Assembly: GCA_003427395.1 (NCBI GenBank)
Contig: BFEA01000037.1
Coordinates: forward strand, 2,990,021-3,053,992
From: Chara braunii
Taxonomy: Eukaryota > Plantae > Charophyceae
Direction: 5' to 3'
Length of the DNA: 63,972 nucleotides
A model generated the notes under the pieces. That model was not told the origin of the DNA. It did not search any database and worked only from the letters and a program-made list of their open reading frames with translations. Below, piece after piece: positions 1 through 12,400 of the stretch (its first letter is position 1; every line of letters starts with the position of its first letter). Position numbers and translations under genes: made by a program.

Positions 1-156
1 GAGGGTCGCGAGTTGCGCCTGGATGGGCGCAAGGAGGGAGGTGAGGAGGGTGTGCAGATCCCCCGGGGGCTGATGGCCCTGGTCCGCCGGCACGGGTGTG
101 GAGCCTGATGCCGTGGTCATTGCCGTGTCGGCAGCGTGTGACACACCGTCGGCCAT
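1..156 (-). CDS. Putative gag N-terminus of a minus-strand LTR retrotransposon (runs off the window)
   Basis: ATG at 156 opens MADGVSHAADTAMTTASGSTPVPADQGHQPPGDLHTLLTSLLAPIQAQLATL with no stop before base 1. It lies downstream of the minus-strand LTR and PBS. The gag identity is inferred from position only. Confidence 0.45.
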   Translation of the reverse strand, partial: MADGVSHAADTAMTTASGSTPVPADQGHQPPGDLHTLLTSLLAPIQAQLATL

Positions 157-2355
157 GAGGAGATGACGGACCGGACTGGAGGGGGCCAGAAGAGGTCCGC
201 GTGAGCGGAGGGCGTAGGAGGAAGTTCGTGGTAGAAAGCGGCGAACGGCGCTAGCAAGGCTAGCGCGGGCGCCGTCAAAGGGGGAGGGGTGGTTCGGGTC
301 CAGGGTGCCCGAAGAGGACGGGGAAGTAGGGGGGTTTTGAAGAACCCTAAACCCTACAAAACCCCTAAGAAAACCCTAACCGAAGTTTAAGTGGTTAGGG
401 TAGGGTACCGGTGACCTAATCAAGAAAGTAAAATAGCAAGCATACGGGGGGGAAGGCGGGAGAAAAATAAATAAACAGCGAGATGTCGAGAGAAAATAAA
501 AATAAATAAGAAAATAAATAAATAATAAAATAAGTAAAGAAATAAGTAAAAAGATGTGAAGGGAAAACAATATTTATTTTTTTGAAATTTTCGGCAGCAT
601 TTCCCTACCCCCCACGGGGTCAAGAATGTGCCAAGGGAAAAGGAGAGACCAAGGTGAGCACACTAGAGATGCCGCAAATAATATAAAAAAAAGAAATTTC
701 AGAAAATAAATAAATAAATAACAAATAAATAAATAAATAAGTAGATAAGTGTATGAGGAGGTGGAGAGAAATGGGTTATCTGATTTTTCAAAAATTTTGC
801 CAGCATTTCGTTACCCCCATGGGTTCGAAGTGTGCCGAAAAGACTAAGTAAGAGAAAATCAGAAAATTTCGGCAGCACTTCGTTACCCCCACGGGCCCCA
901 CGGGGTCAAAACGTGTGCCGGAAGCAAGAAAGGCGTGAATTTTCAGAATAAATAGAAAAATAAATAAATAAATCAAAAAATGAGAAAAGAAGGTGGGAAA
1001 GAAGATATTTCAAATTTTTGGAAAAAAAAAGAGAAAAGATAAATGAAAAGAGAGGTGGAAAGAAGAAAAACAGAAAAAAATCGAAGTAGGGGAGAAGGGG
1101 AATGAAAAAGTGAAGGGGAAAAGAAAGAAATAGGTGGAGGGAGAGAAAAAGATGAAGTGGGAGGTAAGGGGATGGGGTGGTGGTAGTTGGGGGAGAGGAG
1201 GGATGGGGAAAGGTGGACAGGGATCAAGAAGCAGAGAGAAAAGAAGGAGGAAGAAAAGACAAGAAATAAAGAAAGGAGAGTAAAAGAATGGGTGGTGGGA
1301 GAAATGTGGGGTGGGGAAGGTAAAAGGAGGAGAGAAAAGATGCAGTAGAAGGTGGGGAAAGAGAAGGGGTGAGTAAGAGGAGAGAGGAGAGGTAGGGAGA
1401 GTGGGTTGGTAGAGGAAGGGGAGAGAGAGATGATACCTGGCCCTTGGTGTCTCCAAGGGCACAAGGTATACCAAGACCAGGAGGGTCTTGGCCTTCGCTA
1501 CAGCCAGCCAACTGGAGGATGGAGGGGGGGGATGAGATCTTGATCAGCCCCTAGTTGCAACACTGCAGATCCAGGGTGTGCTGTGTGAGCATACCCTGAT
1601 GGATGATGATGATGATCTAGGGTTGGCTGAGATCTTGATCAGCCACCCTACAACCACAGTCACACAGCCCCCTAGCCAGGGGGAAATCTTGAGCTGCTGC
1701 AAAGCTGCTGCTGCAGCAGTAGAGAAATAGTAAAAAAATAATAATAATAATAATAATACTGTGGTGCAGCCCCCTAACCAGGGGGGTCTTTAGTCCACAG
1801 CAAAGTGCCACGTGGCACTGCAGGTGGCCACGTGCACAGGCAGCAGCAACCAGGGGGGCGGGGGGTAAATAGAAGCCTCTCCCGTTGTTGCCTCGCTGGC
1901 CGCCGCTCGCTGCTCGCCGGGGGGGGGGTAAGTAGCCAGCACCTCTTCAACACGAGGTTGCCATGCTACGAGGCCATGTATAGACTGTGGCCAGTGTGTT
2001 ATGAGGGTGATACACGCACGCGCAAGCCCAACAGCTGCCTGGGTTCAAACCCCAGCGGTAGCAGCTGCATCCCGGATCTTGAAAATAGATATATCCGGGA
2101 GCGGGGCGGGGCGGGGCAGCGGGGCACGTGGCACGTGTGTGTGCGTGATGCGGCGGCGACCTTGGCCTTGCGCCGTGTCGTGATGTCACTTCCTTTTTCG
2201 CCACGTGGAGCTCTCCTGCTGCTGCACCTTTTTCCCCCTGTTTTCCACGAGAAACACCCAAAAAACAGCGAAAAATCCCGCTGTCGGGATTTGCTGTTTT
2301 CCCGTATGTGCGGGGTGGTGGGTGGGAGCGGGGACCGTTCCCACTCCAATACCAA

Positions 2356-2675
2356 TGTAGCGGACCCACCAGGTGTGGTGCTCCGCTAATGACAGAGATG
2401 GAGATGGAGGAAGAAGGGGGGAGCAAGATGCACAGCGCAGCTCCCCACGCAAGACTCCAACGCACGTACTCCAAAATGTGCCACTGAAGAATGAGAGCGA
2501 AAACAGACAACTGTTGGGGTATACCCCAGCGGACTGACGGGACTGGACTGGACTCGCTGGTACCGACAGAGGTACCGGCCTGGACTGGACTGGACTAGCC
2601 CCGAATAGAACACAGGCCTGTGAGAACAGGCCAAGGGGCTGGTCTCACAGGCCAACCAACCAGAGGTCCGCTACA
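2356..2675 (-). repeat. LTR, 320 bp, TG...CA
   Basis: Perfect 11-bp terminal inverted repeat TGTAGCGGACC...GGTCCGCTACA. It is an inverted homolog of 9160-9475. Confidence 0.85.
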
Positions 2676-2699
2676 CGCTCCACCATGCGGCTCGGGTGT

Positions 2700-5600
2700 A
2701 CAGTCAGCTACGCCCCCTTCTCCAAGACCTTCGTTGACTTACTTGGCTGTAGCGCACGCCTCTACTCCTCGATCTCCTCGCCGCCAAAACGGTGGTGCAC
2801 CAATCGTCCGCTTTACGGACATTGCCTTGTATGAAGGTACAGAGATATGTGTGTCTCGGTGGCTGTAGTCTGCCACTTGCACGCTCCAGCTTATGGGCGT
2901 CCCACCTGACCAGGGGGTGACTCACTTTTCCGCTCACCTGCGTGGCAGTCCTTTCGATGCCTGGGAGAATTTCTACACTCACTCCCTTCATAAGGGTCGT
3001 ACCCCGACCTTTATGGATTTCTAGGCGTTCCTCGAGAATCGCTTCAGAGCCCGACACGACGTGACTAACGCCTTCAAGTGTGTCGTCAATACACGCTGAT
3101 CCGGCTCTGGTGGTGTTGTCGGCCTGCACCGCCATATCCAGGTCTTTAAGGACGCCCGCCTCATTTGAGATGTGGCGTTCCTCCCCAAGGCTGCCCTCAT
3201 CGATCGCTTCTTGGCCAGCCTTCCCCTCGAGTACCGCTCCGAGTTATGACGGTATGACTTCACATCGGCCCCTGGCGTCTCGTCGCCACCGCTCCTCTGC
3301 ATATTTCGATCTGATGGAGACGGGGTACAATTCATTTTTGGTACTCCGTGGTCTCACCGGTTCTGAAGCACCGAGCCCGATTGGGCAACCAACACTCTCG
3401 TTCTCATAACGAAGTGTGGACAGATGCATCACGTACCTTTTATAGGTACCATTGCGACACCAGGTCCCGATCCCCCTCCCCCGGAGCCTTCCGGGTCCCA
3501 CACCATCTCCTACTATCACCGTCACCTCGCCTCGACAGTTCGCTTACTTCATCCGGTAGGACAACGTCACCTTCTTAACGGTGAACGTTACGGATATCTT
3601 GCACTATGATCCACCCTATACAGACGCAGAGCTCATCTCTTCGGAGCCAGATCCTCCTTCTATCTCCATGACTTTCATCTCTATTTCCCTCCCTCCGCCG
3701 TTCGTCGAGTCCACCTCGTCGTCGCGCGCAAATGTTGACGCTGAGGAACTCGCACGCCATATAGCCGACCTCGATCCCGCAATTCATAACCTCATTCGAG
3801 AGTACCACGATGTTTTCCCATCGTCATTCTCATACGTAGGCATCCCACCGATGCGTGACGTCAAGCACTCCATCCAGCTTGTGTCTGACTATCGTCTTCA
3901 CCACCACGCACCCTATAGACTCTCGATCCCCGATGCCATTGAACTCAAGCATCAGCTTGAGGAGCTCTTGAGACTGGGTTTCATTAAATCCAGCAACTCT
4001 CTGTGGGGTACACCCGTCCTCTTTACTCACAAAGTGGATGAAACTCTTCGTCTCTGCATCGATTATCGCAGTCTCAACCGCTACACGGTTAAGAACAACT
4101 ACCTCATGCCTCGTTCCAACGAGTTGTTTAACCGCCTAATAGGCAACTGCTTCTTTATGAAGATTGATCATCGAAACGGTTACCATCAGATCCGCGTCGA
4201 TGCAGCGGACCAACCGAAGACAGCATTCCGATCGCGCTTCAACCACTATGAATTTACGGTGATGTGATTTGGCCTCACCAACGCACCCGCTACCTTCCAG
4301 ACGGCGATGAACGACATCTTCAGGGACATCCTGGAGCAGTACGTTCTCGTTTACCTCGATGATATCCTGATCTACAATCATACCCTTGAGGAGTATCTCA
4401 GACACCTCTACGACGTCCTTAACCGCTTTCGCAGACATGGCTTCTACACCAAGCTGAGCAAGTGGCGCTTTGCTCAGCATAAAGTGGATTTCTTGGGACA
4501 CTACGTGTCTGACCAGGATCTCCACATGGATGATGCGAAGATCAATGCTATTGCGGAGTGACCCGTTCCCACATCCGCCAAGCAGCTTCGCAATTTCCTG
4601 GGCCTCGCTAGTTACCATAGTAAGTTCACCCAGGGATACGCTAGGTATTCCTACATCCTTACCTCTACCCTCCTTCGGAAAAATCAATTTTGGGCTTGGA
4701 CACCACTCCACGAAGACGCCTTCCACGCCCTCAAGAAGGCGGTGACATGTGCACCGGTTCTCCACCTGCCCGATTTTGATCGCCCTTTTATCCTTACCAC
4801 CGATGCGTCAGACTTTGCTGTAGGAGCAGTGCTTTTTCAGATTTCCCCCTCCTCTCCTGATTTCCCTCATCCTCACATCCCTCATTTCCCACCCCTTACC
4901 CCTACCACTGCTTTCCGCCTGACGCCTACTCCTCCAGCTACCGACGAGCCTTCTATTGACTATTTTCCTACCATCGTCGAGGACGACACTGTCGAGTCTC
5001 GCTCAGGTGATTGTCCGATAGCCTTTTACTATCGTCAGCTCCTGCCCTCCGAGATAAATTACACTGCTGATGAACGTGAGGTTCTCACAGTAGTTTATGC
5101 CACTCGGCACTAGCGTCACTACCTTCACGGGGCACCATTCACGGTGCGCACGGACAACTCTGTTGTCCAGGCTTTTCTGACAAAGTCGAAGCTCACTCCT
5201 TGACAGGCTCACTCGTAGCGCGACCTATCCGAGTTTAGTTTCACCACTGAGCACATCACGGGTGAGACCAATCGGGTCGCAGATGCCTTATTCCAGCGCC
5301 CTTACCATAATCTGAACCGGATCCGGCTCACTGCCATCTCGGTCACCACCGCCCACCACTCGGTGAACGACGAGTTTCGCACTCAGTACCGCCATTGCCC
5401 CGACTATCACGACATCCATGCGGCCCTTCCAAGTGGCAAGACTGTCCCAAACTACTCTATCGGGGACAACAGTCTTGTGTACTGACACGGTTCACAGGGC
5501 ACCAGAGGGCCCCACATTTGTGTTCCCTCCACTGGGCAGCTACGTGTCCGGGTACTCGCAGAGTTCCATGACCAGGCAGTCGCGACTCATATGGGCTTCC

Positions 5601-7055
5601 ACAAGACGTTTGCTCGTGTAAGCCGCCTGTACGTCTTGCCTAAGCGCAAGGACTTAGTGAAGGACTACGTTGCAGAGTGTCCCACCTGTCAGGAGGTAAA
5701 CAGTGCGAAACACCTGCCTTATCGTTTGCTCCAACCTCTTCTTATTCCTAAGGGTCGTTGGTAGTCCATCTCGATGGACTTTATCGGCCCTTTTCGTCCT
5801 CCGACCCCCCACGGTCATGATGCTATCATGGTCGTCGTCGACTCGTCGACCTCTTCACGAAGCGTGCACTCTTTGTTCCGTGTCGCTATGCCATCAGTGC
5901 ACGTGAGGTTGTCGACATCATGTTCAGCCGAGTCGTGCATGACCACGGCTTACCCCTGAGCATCATATATGACCGTGACCCACGATTTACCAACCGATTC
6001 TGGCGACGATTCCACGAGGTATACGACACCTAGCTCCTCTTCTCCTCGTCTTACCATCCNCAGACTGATGGTCAGACCGAGGTTACGAACAGGACTCTCG
6101 GAGATATTCTCCGAAAGACTGTTCGTGACGACCAGCAGTGGGATCTCTATCTTGCCCACGCGGAGATAGCCTACAAGCACGCCATCTCACCAGCCACGGG
6201 GATGTCGCCTTACTATTGCGATATCGGTTATCACCCTCCTCACCCCTCGTGTTCTCGCGAACTTCCTTCAACCGTCACAAATGCACCCGGACACGAGTTG
6301 TCTCGCGTTCGATGATTGGGTTACACACATGATGTCGATCATGAATACCGTGCTTGAGCACATAACCACTTCCCAGACTCGCATGACCGCACGTGCAAAA
6401 CCGATCGAGGATGGATCATCTATTCAAAGTCGGTGATGATGTGTTTGTCGACGCTCGCCACTTACAGCTCGAAGCGAACACGTTTCGCAAGTTCCGACGT
6501 CGTTTTTTTGGCCCATGCCGCATTCTCTGGGCCGTCGGTTCTAATACGGCATCTAGCCCGGTCAGCTTCCGTGTGAAGTTGCCCAACTACCTACGCCAGG
6601 CTCGTGTGCACGATGTCTACCACGTCTCATTACTGCGTCCCTACCACAGACCGTCTGTGCGTTTCATTGGACGACCATACAAGCGCCCTCCGCCCATCAT
6701 GGTGGACGGTCACAAGAAGTTTCTCGATTCGGACACCATTGGTCGTTGAGTCATCGACGATAACCCTCCTCACGTCGAGTATCTCGTACGTTGGAAGGGT
6801 CACCCTGATGAGGAGGCTACTTGGGAGCTCCTCGAGCACTTGCCGCACGCTCGCATGTTGGTGCGTGCCTATGACCGTGTTTGTCGTGCTGGGTTGACTG
6901 CTCCTCCTCAGCCCAACGACACTCTTCCTTCTCCCTCGACTGAGGAGACCACTGAAGTCGAGCCTGCTCCATCAGAGGCAGAACTTCAGCAGCAGTCGGA
7001 TGCTTCTGAGCGTCCACATTGCACTCGTCGTCGTCCTGCTCGATACGACGATTGA
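2700..7055 (+). pseudogene. gag-pol remnant (protease, RT, RNase H, integrase, chromodomain)
   Basis: Motifs: degenerate protease LMETG; RT LRLCIDYRSLN, GYHQIRV, KTAFRSRF, VYLDDILIY; RNase H TTDASDFAVGAVL; integrase FHD..THMG..CPTCQ, SMDFIGP, FFGPCRIL; chromodomain VEYLVRWKGHPDEEATWE. Multiple stops and frameshifts. Confidence 0.93.
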
Positions 7056-7338
7056 CTCTGACTTCTCTTCCCACGTTTTCGACTTCTCAGTACTTCATCC
7101 ACTCTAGTTTTTGCTACTCTAGATCGTCGATACTGCGGCTCTTCCTCGACGGCATTCCGGACTTCTCTTCATGGACGTTATTGGCAGCCCCACCGACATC
7201 GTCACGATCAGCTCTGCCTACTTAAGACGTTGTCACTCTCTTACCACGTTACCCCTGTACATTACTCTGGTTGTGTCGCCTGATGGTCTCCCTTAGCCGG
7301 GTTCTTCTGAGTTGGGTGCTCCCTTGGTATACGCATAG

Positions 7339-7837
7339 TTATGTGACACCCGCGGCCTAGGCTGCGGGCAATTCGGCCGCCACGGCCGAAAATATCGGTC
7401 GTAGCCGTGGCCGCCAAGCCTAGTTTGCGGCCCGAGTTTTTCAATATTTTTTTGTGGGTAAAAAAATAAGTGAAAAAAAAAAAGGTTGTAGGGTTTTGAA
7501 AGCCCTACAACCCTTTTTTTTTTTAACTTGACTTCATTTACGATTTGTAAAAAATGAAAAATGAAAATCGGTTAAAAAAATAAATAAATAAATAAATAAA
7601 AGAACAGCAGGATTTTTTTTTCCATTTTTTTTCATGTTTGATATGAAGTGTGTGTGTGTGTGTGTGTGCGCGTGCATGTGTGTGTGTGTGTATGTGTGTG
7701 TGTGTGTGTGTGTATGTGTGCGTGTGTGTGCACATGTGTGTAATGTGTGATGTGTGTGTGTGTGTGTGTGTGTGCGTGCGCGTGTGTATGTGTGTGATGT
7801 GTGTGTGTGTGTATATGTGTGCGCGCGAGTGTGTGTT

Positions 7838-7890
<53 letters not shown>

Positions 7891-7942
7891 ATGTGTGCCG
7901 GGGGGAGGGGAGGGCGGAACCCTCCCCCACCGATCAATCAAT

Positions 7943-8002
<60 letters not shown>

Positions 8003-8318
8003 TCAATCAATAAAGAAACAATCAATCAATTAATATACATATATATATATATCGTCACAAACAAAATTGCGCGGTATATATATATATATATATATTATCG
8101 CACACCCAAAACCACCCCCCCAAAATTCAGTTTTTTTTTTTTAGTGGCTTCCAAAGGGGGACGCCATGCGCAGGCGATGTGCGCGCTCCGTTTTTGGGCG
8201 CGCGGCCACGAAGTTGCTCGCCCGCGCGGATTAGGCTGCAGGGTAGCGGCCGGCCTCCTCGACCGCGGACGAGGCCGCGAATAAGGTCGTAGGATCCGCG
8301 GTCGTGGGTGACACATAG
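7339..8318. mobile_element. Non-autonomous TIR element (CTATGT family) in the gypsy 3' UTR
   Basis: Termini TTATGTGACACCCGCGGCC / GGTCGTGGGTGACACATAG. 8-bp TSD ACGCATAG (7331-7338) / GCGCATAG (8319-8326). Interior is (TG)n, (CAAT)n and (TA)n. Confidence 0.8.
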
Positions 8319-9159
8319 GCGCATAGGCATCGGGATCGTAGCGTTGCCTTGACTTCCCAACTTATTGATCTAGCTCTGACTTCCCCACCTTTGGAGTCAT
8401 TTGCATGATTCCCTTACTCATCACTTTTTCTATCCTCTCCCGACCCTCACGCCCTAGTTAGGCAGCCTTGCATGCTTCATCTAGGTGCGCCCAGTATACC
8501 AGGCTCCCGGATTCCCTTGCATGGTCGACCCTACATAGTAGTCACCCCTCTAGTCGAGCATTACCCGCCCTGATGGTCTATCTTTTAGGGTCATTGGTTA
8601 TGTTCACTCCCAGTTCCCAACCCTCATTGAGCCTGATGACATGTGTCTCCTTGTCATTATGTGTGGATGCCCTTAAGAGTTTATCGACCCCTAGGCTGCA
8701 TTCGCCACTCTCAGACACCATTCCACCCTGTGGTTTGTGACACACTCCTCCTGTGACATATGGCTGTCTTGTTGTTGCTTTGTTGCTATCAGACTGAGGC
8801 CTCTACCTCTAACATTTCTAGGATTTAGTTGTTTTTGCTTTTGCTGTTCTTAGGACTTGTACACTAGTCAGTTGTTTCCAGACTGAGGTTATTGCCTTCA
8901 ACATTCTAGGATTTAGTTGCCATTACCTTCTGCTTTCCTAGGACATGTATACTAGTTAGTTGCTTTCTGCTTTCACTTAGGTTGTTAGCTATGACATTGC
9001 TGATTTTGTGACATTTTCTAGCCTAGGTTGCATCACATGGAATCAGCATGGAGCTTGCTCCGCATCCTAGATTACTCGGGTTTTCTTATCTTTGGTAGAG
9101 TTCCTCTTCTTGGCGGAAGTGTGCTTGTATCTAGGCAATCCATCACAGGCCGAGGATCG

Positions 9160-9475
9160 TGTAGCGGACCTCTGTTGGCCCGTGAGACCAGCCCCTTGAC
9201 CTGTTCCCACAAACCTGTGTTGTATTCGGTGTAGGTCAGTCCAGGCCGGTACCTCTGCCGGTACCAGCCAGTCCAGTCTAGTCCAGTCAGTCCGCTGGGG
9301 TATACCCCAACCAGAGTCTTTACGTGGGGCATTCTACCGTTTCTACGTTCACACAATTTTGGAGTACGTGCGTTGGAGTCTACGTGGGAGCTGCGTTGTG
9401 CCATCTTGCTCCACCCTCATCCTCCATCTCCATCTTTATCCCAGGCGGTGCACCTCACCCAGTGGGTCCGCCACA
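9160..9475 (+). repeat. 3' LTR, 316 bp
   Basis: TGTAGCGGACC...GGTCCGCCACA; clearly similar to the reverse complement of 2356-2675. Confidence 0.85.
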
Positions 9476-12400
9476 ATCAGCTTACCCCACCGCTCTGCTC
9501 CATAGCTCAACATCTTCACACCGCCACCACCGTGTATCGGCGCCGCCAATCATCATAATCAACTCATTGTGCCGATCGATTTCACGCCCTAGCAATGAAA
9601 CCGACCAATTTGACACCCTAACATTGGGGCACAGCGCTCCCGGTAGCACTGCGCCCCTCTTCGCATAAGCCGCCCCCGCGCTACCTCAAGACTAGCGCTC
9701 TCTGAACCATTTAATAGGCTTGAGATTTTCTTTGCTCACACTGAGATGACACATTCCATCATCATCATCAACAGAAACCCATTACCCTCAAAGTGACATT
9801 ATCATGCATTGTGTGGGTTTAAAACAAATGAAATCGCCTGACCGTCATAGCCCACCCCTCAAGTCTGTGTCACAGTAGATACCATCTTCATTTACGGTAG
9901 GGAATGGTCAAAGCTGCAGTCGCACACAGAGGAAAACTTGGAGCAGCTCGAGGAACTTGTGCCTTGATCCAAGACAGAAGGATCCATGCAACCAGGATCG
10001 CCATCACACAGGCAATCCGTCCACAATTATCTCATAAATAATACCAAAAGTTCACTCAGCATGAAACCACCTTTCACCAAAATACAAGTTATGGTGCATT
10101 CCTCCATCACGAACTGAAATTGCACACAACCTCCACCCCCCTTTCACTACTCTGCCTCCAACCCAACCTACCACCTCCACACACCACACATGGGTCCAGC
10201 CCACATCGTCACTCTACCCAGTCCTTCAGGCACAACAAGACTTTTGACACCTGAATGCACGGCTTGTAGCAGTCTATGCGGCATTGCATCTGAGATCAAG
10301 AGAGGGAGAAAGGGGGAGGATCATACTTATAGCATGAAATATGGCAGAAAGGTCAGCATAGATTGCGGGAGCAGATTTATAGGTTGGCTTTGGCAAGCTT
10401 GAGACTGAGGGGTGTTGGACGGGAGGATTATAAAAAAACAGGGTGATGGACAAAAGCTTACAAAAGAGGAGGATCTCCCGAGCTTTGTGGGTTACCACTT
10501 TCGCTCAGCTCGATCCCAACAGCTCGTACATAGTCTATGGAGTTGTGCAAGGGATTAGAGAGGGAAGATCAAACAATGTGAGACAGAGAAAGGGGGAGAA
10601 GGGACAGAGGGGATGGAACACGGGAGATAGACCGTAAGTTGCCAGGTCAGACGCATATACCCACCATACACTATTGCTCTAAGATTCTTCAAAAACACGT
10701 GGCACAAAAATATCATGGAAAAGAAAGCCCGGAGGACCTCATCGTACGTGCCCGCACACAAACATCATGGAAAAGAAAGCCCTCAGACCCTCACCGTACT
10801 CGACGTGTACCCGCAACTCTGCCATTAGTCAAGGCGCAAAATTGAAATTTGCATTGTAAACGTCAAGAAGCACGCACATTTCACTTTTCCTGCAAAAGGT
10901 GCATTGCTTGGCACATTACTAAAATCAGATAATCACAGGGGTTGGTAGGTCCAGAGACTTTCGGCAATATGCCCCAAGTTCCCCAACAGATCCACAGGTT
11001 TCTGACAAGGACCGGAGTCCCAAGCTTTGTGCCATGGTATAAAGTTCAACACTTTGTTTGGGTGCCAGTCTGTTCGCTCATGGGAGCACGCAGGTAACCA
11101 ACTGTGATTATGCGAGAAACCTGACTGACCCCTTTCTGTGCTATATATCTATCAGGCAAAGTGTTCTTATGACGCACCAGCTTATGTGCGCGTACGAGCT
11201 TCTAAGACCTACCTTTTTCTTTGGGATACTTTTATTTGGTAACCGGGCCGATTTAATCCACTTCCAGTTCCTCTATCCAGCCCAAATTGCATTTTCGATG
11301 GATGGTGATGTCCGGGCTCGGGTTATCTCGGTCGACAAGGGGTTCTGACTTTTGGTCTCCGCGAAATTCGTAGGGCCTGTACTTGATGGGGCCCAACGCA
11401 TGAGACACGTCGGCCAATTCTGACCTTTCCTTTTTGCATTTCTCTCGAAGTTTCCCTTGTATTTTACTATGCTTTTAAGTAGGATGTACACCTTAACAAA
11501 CGCGCTTGAAATTATTTTTCTTCAGGTTTAATGAATTCCGAAAATCGAGGGTGCCTTGGGATACTTTCCACGAGTCCTTTCTTGGTGCATGTATATTTCG
11601 GAGATGCTACAAGGTTTGTGAATTTTTTGTTGATTGATGGTAGAATAGGAATAAACGTAGGAATTTGCGTGCCTTACAACTCGCGTGCGGAATTTTTTTT
11701 CGAACTTTTCAATTTCAGTTCTGCTTTAACCATCAGTACTTCCTAGAGTCGTGGTCATTAATGCGCCACGATTTTAGGAAACGTACAGGCTACTACAGGA
11801 GCGTTCAAATTCATCCGACTAGAAACGTTTCTACTTTTTTTTCTTTTTCGCGGCCGATAGTTGGGCCAAGTACTGGTCGTTTTAGGAATTACGTGCTCTT
11901 CACTAGTATTTTGCGTAGTTGTTTTGGTGCCTTTTTGACTCTATGTGCATGCTCCCCTCTATGTCGCATTCTTAAATGCAATCTTTTCTCGCCCTCCCAA
12001 AGGCTCCCAGCCCTTTTCTTTGCGCCATCATCGACAAACTATAATTGTCTTCTTCTCCCTCCCTTCGCACTGTTTTTTTCTTCTTGCTTTTGTTGAATCT
12101 TGGTCGTGCTCTATGTTGCTTCTCGTAACCTCATTTCCCACCTTCGTCTTCACGTGGGAATGCTCTGCTGATCCCCCGAGTAATCGTCGAACTCGGATGA
12201 CGACATTTAAGGAGTCTTTGAACTCTTCATATTGCTATCCAATTGGCTACGAAGTACTCTATGTGGATCAACATGGTCCTCCTACGCGCACCCCCCTTTC
12301 TCATCCCTCCTCTCTTGTATCCCTCCTCATCGTACTCTCCCCTTCCTTCTTGCAATTATAAATCTCACAAGCGCATCGTCTTTGCTCTCTCGCATCACAT

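Larger units (their letters stand above)
1..2675 (-). mobile_element. 5' part of an LTR retrotransposon (5' LTR, PBS, ~2.2-kb leader) nested in the plus-strand gypsy element
   Basis: LTR at 2356-2675 is followed on the minus strand by TTGGTATTGGAG, similar to the tRNA-iMet PBS TGGTATCAGAG. Confidence 0.7.
2676..9475 (+). mobile_element. Ty3/gypsy chromovirus-type LTR retrotransposon, decayed, 5' end interrupted
   Basis: Domain order PR-RT-RH-INT-chromodomain, followed by a 3' LTR at 9160-9475. Confidence 0.92.

Noticed and set aside
328-400. Telomeric array
   Set aside because: Only a few degenerate AACCCTA units inside a retrotransposon leader.
2356-9475. DIRS-like element with inverted terminal repeats
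   Set aside because: It encodes a DDE integrase and chromodomain, with no tyrosine recombinase. PBS orientation shows two separate elements.
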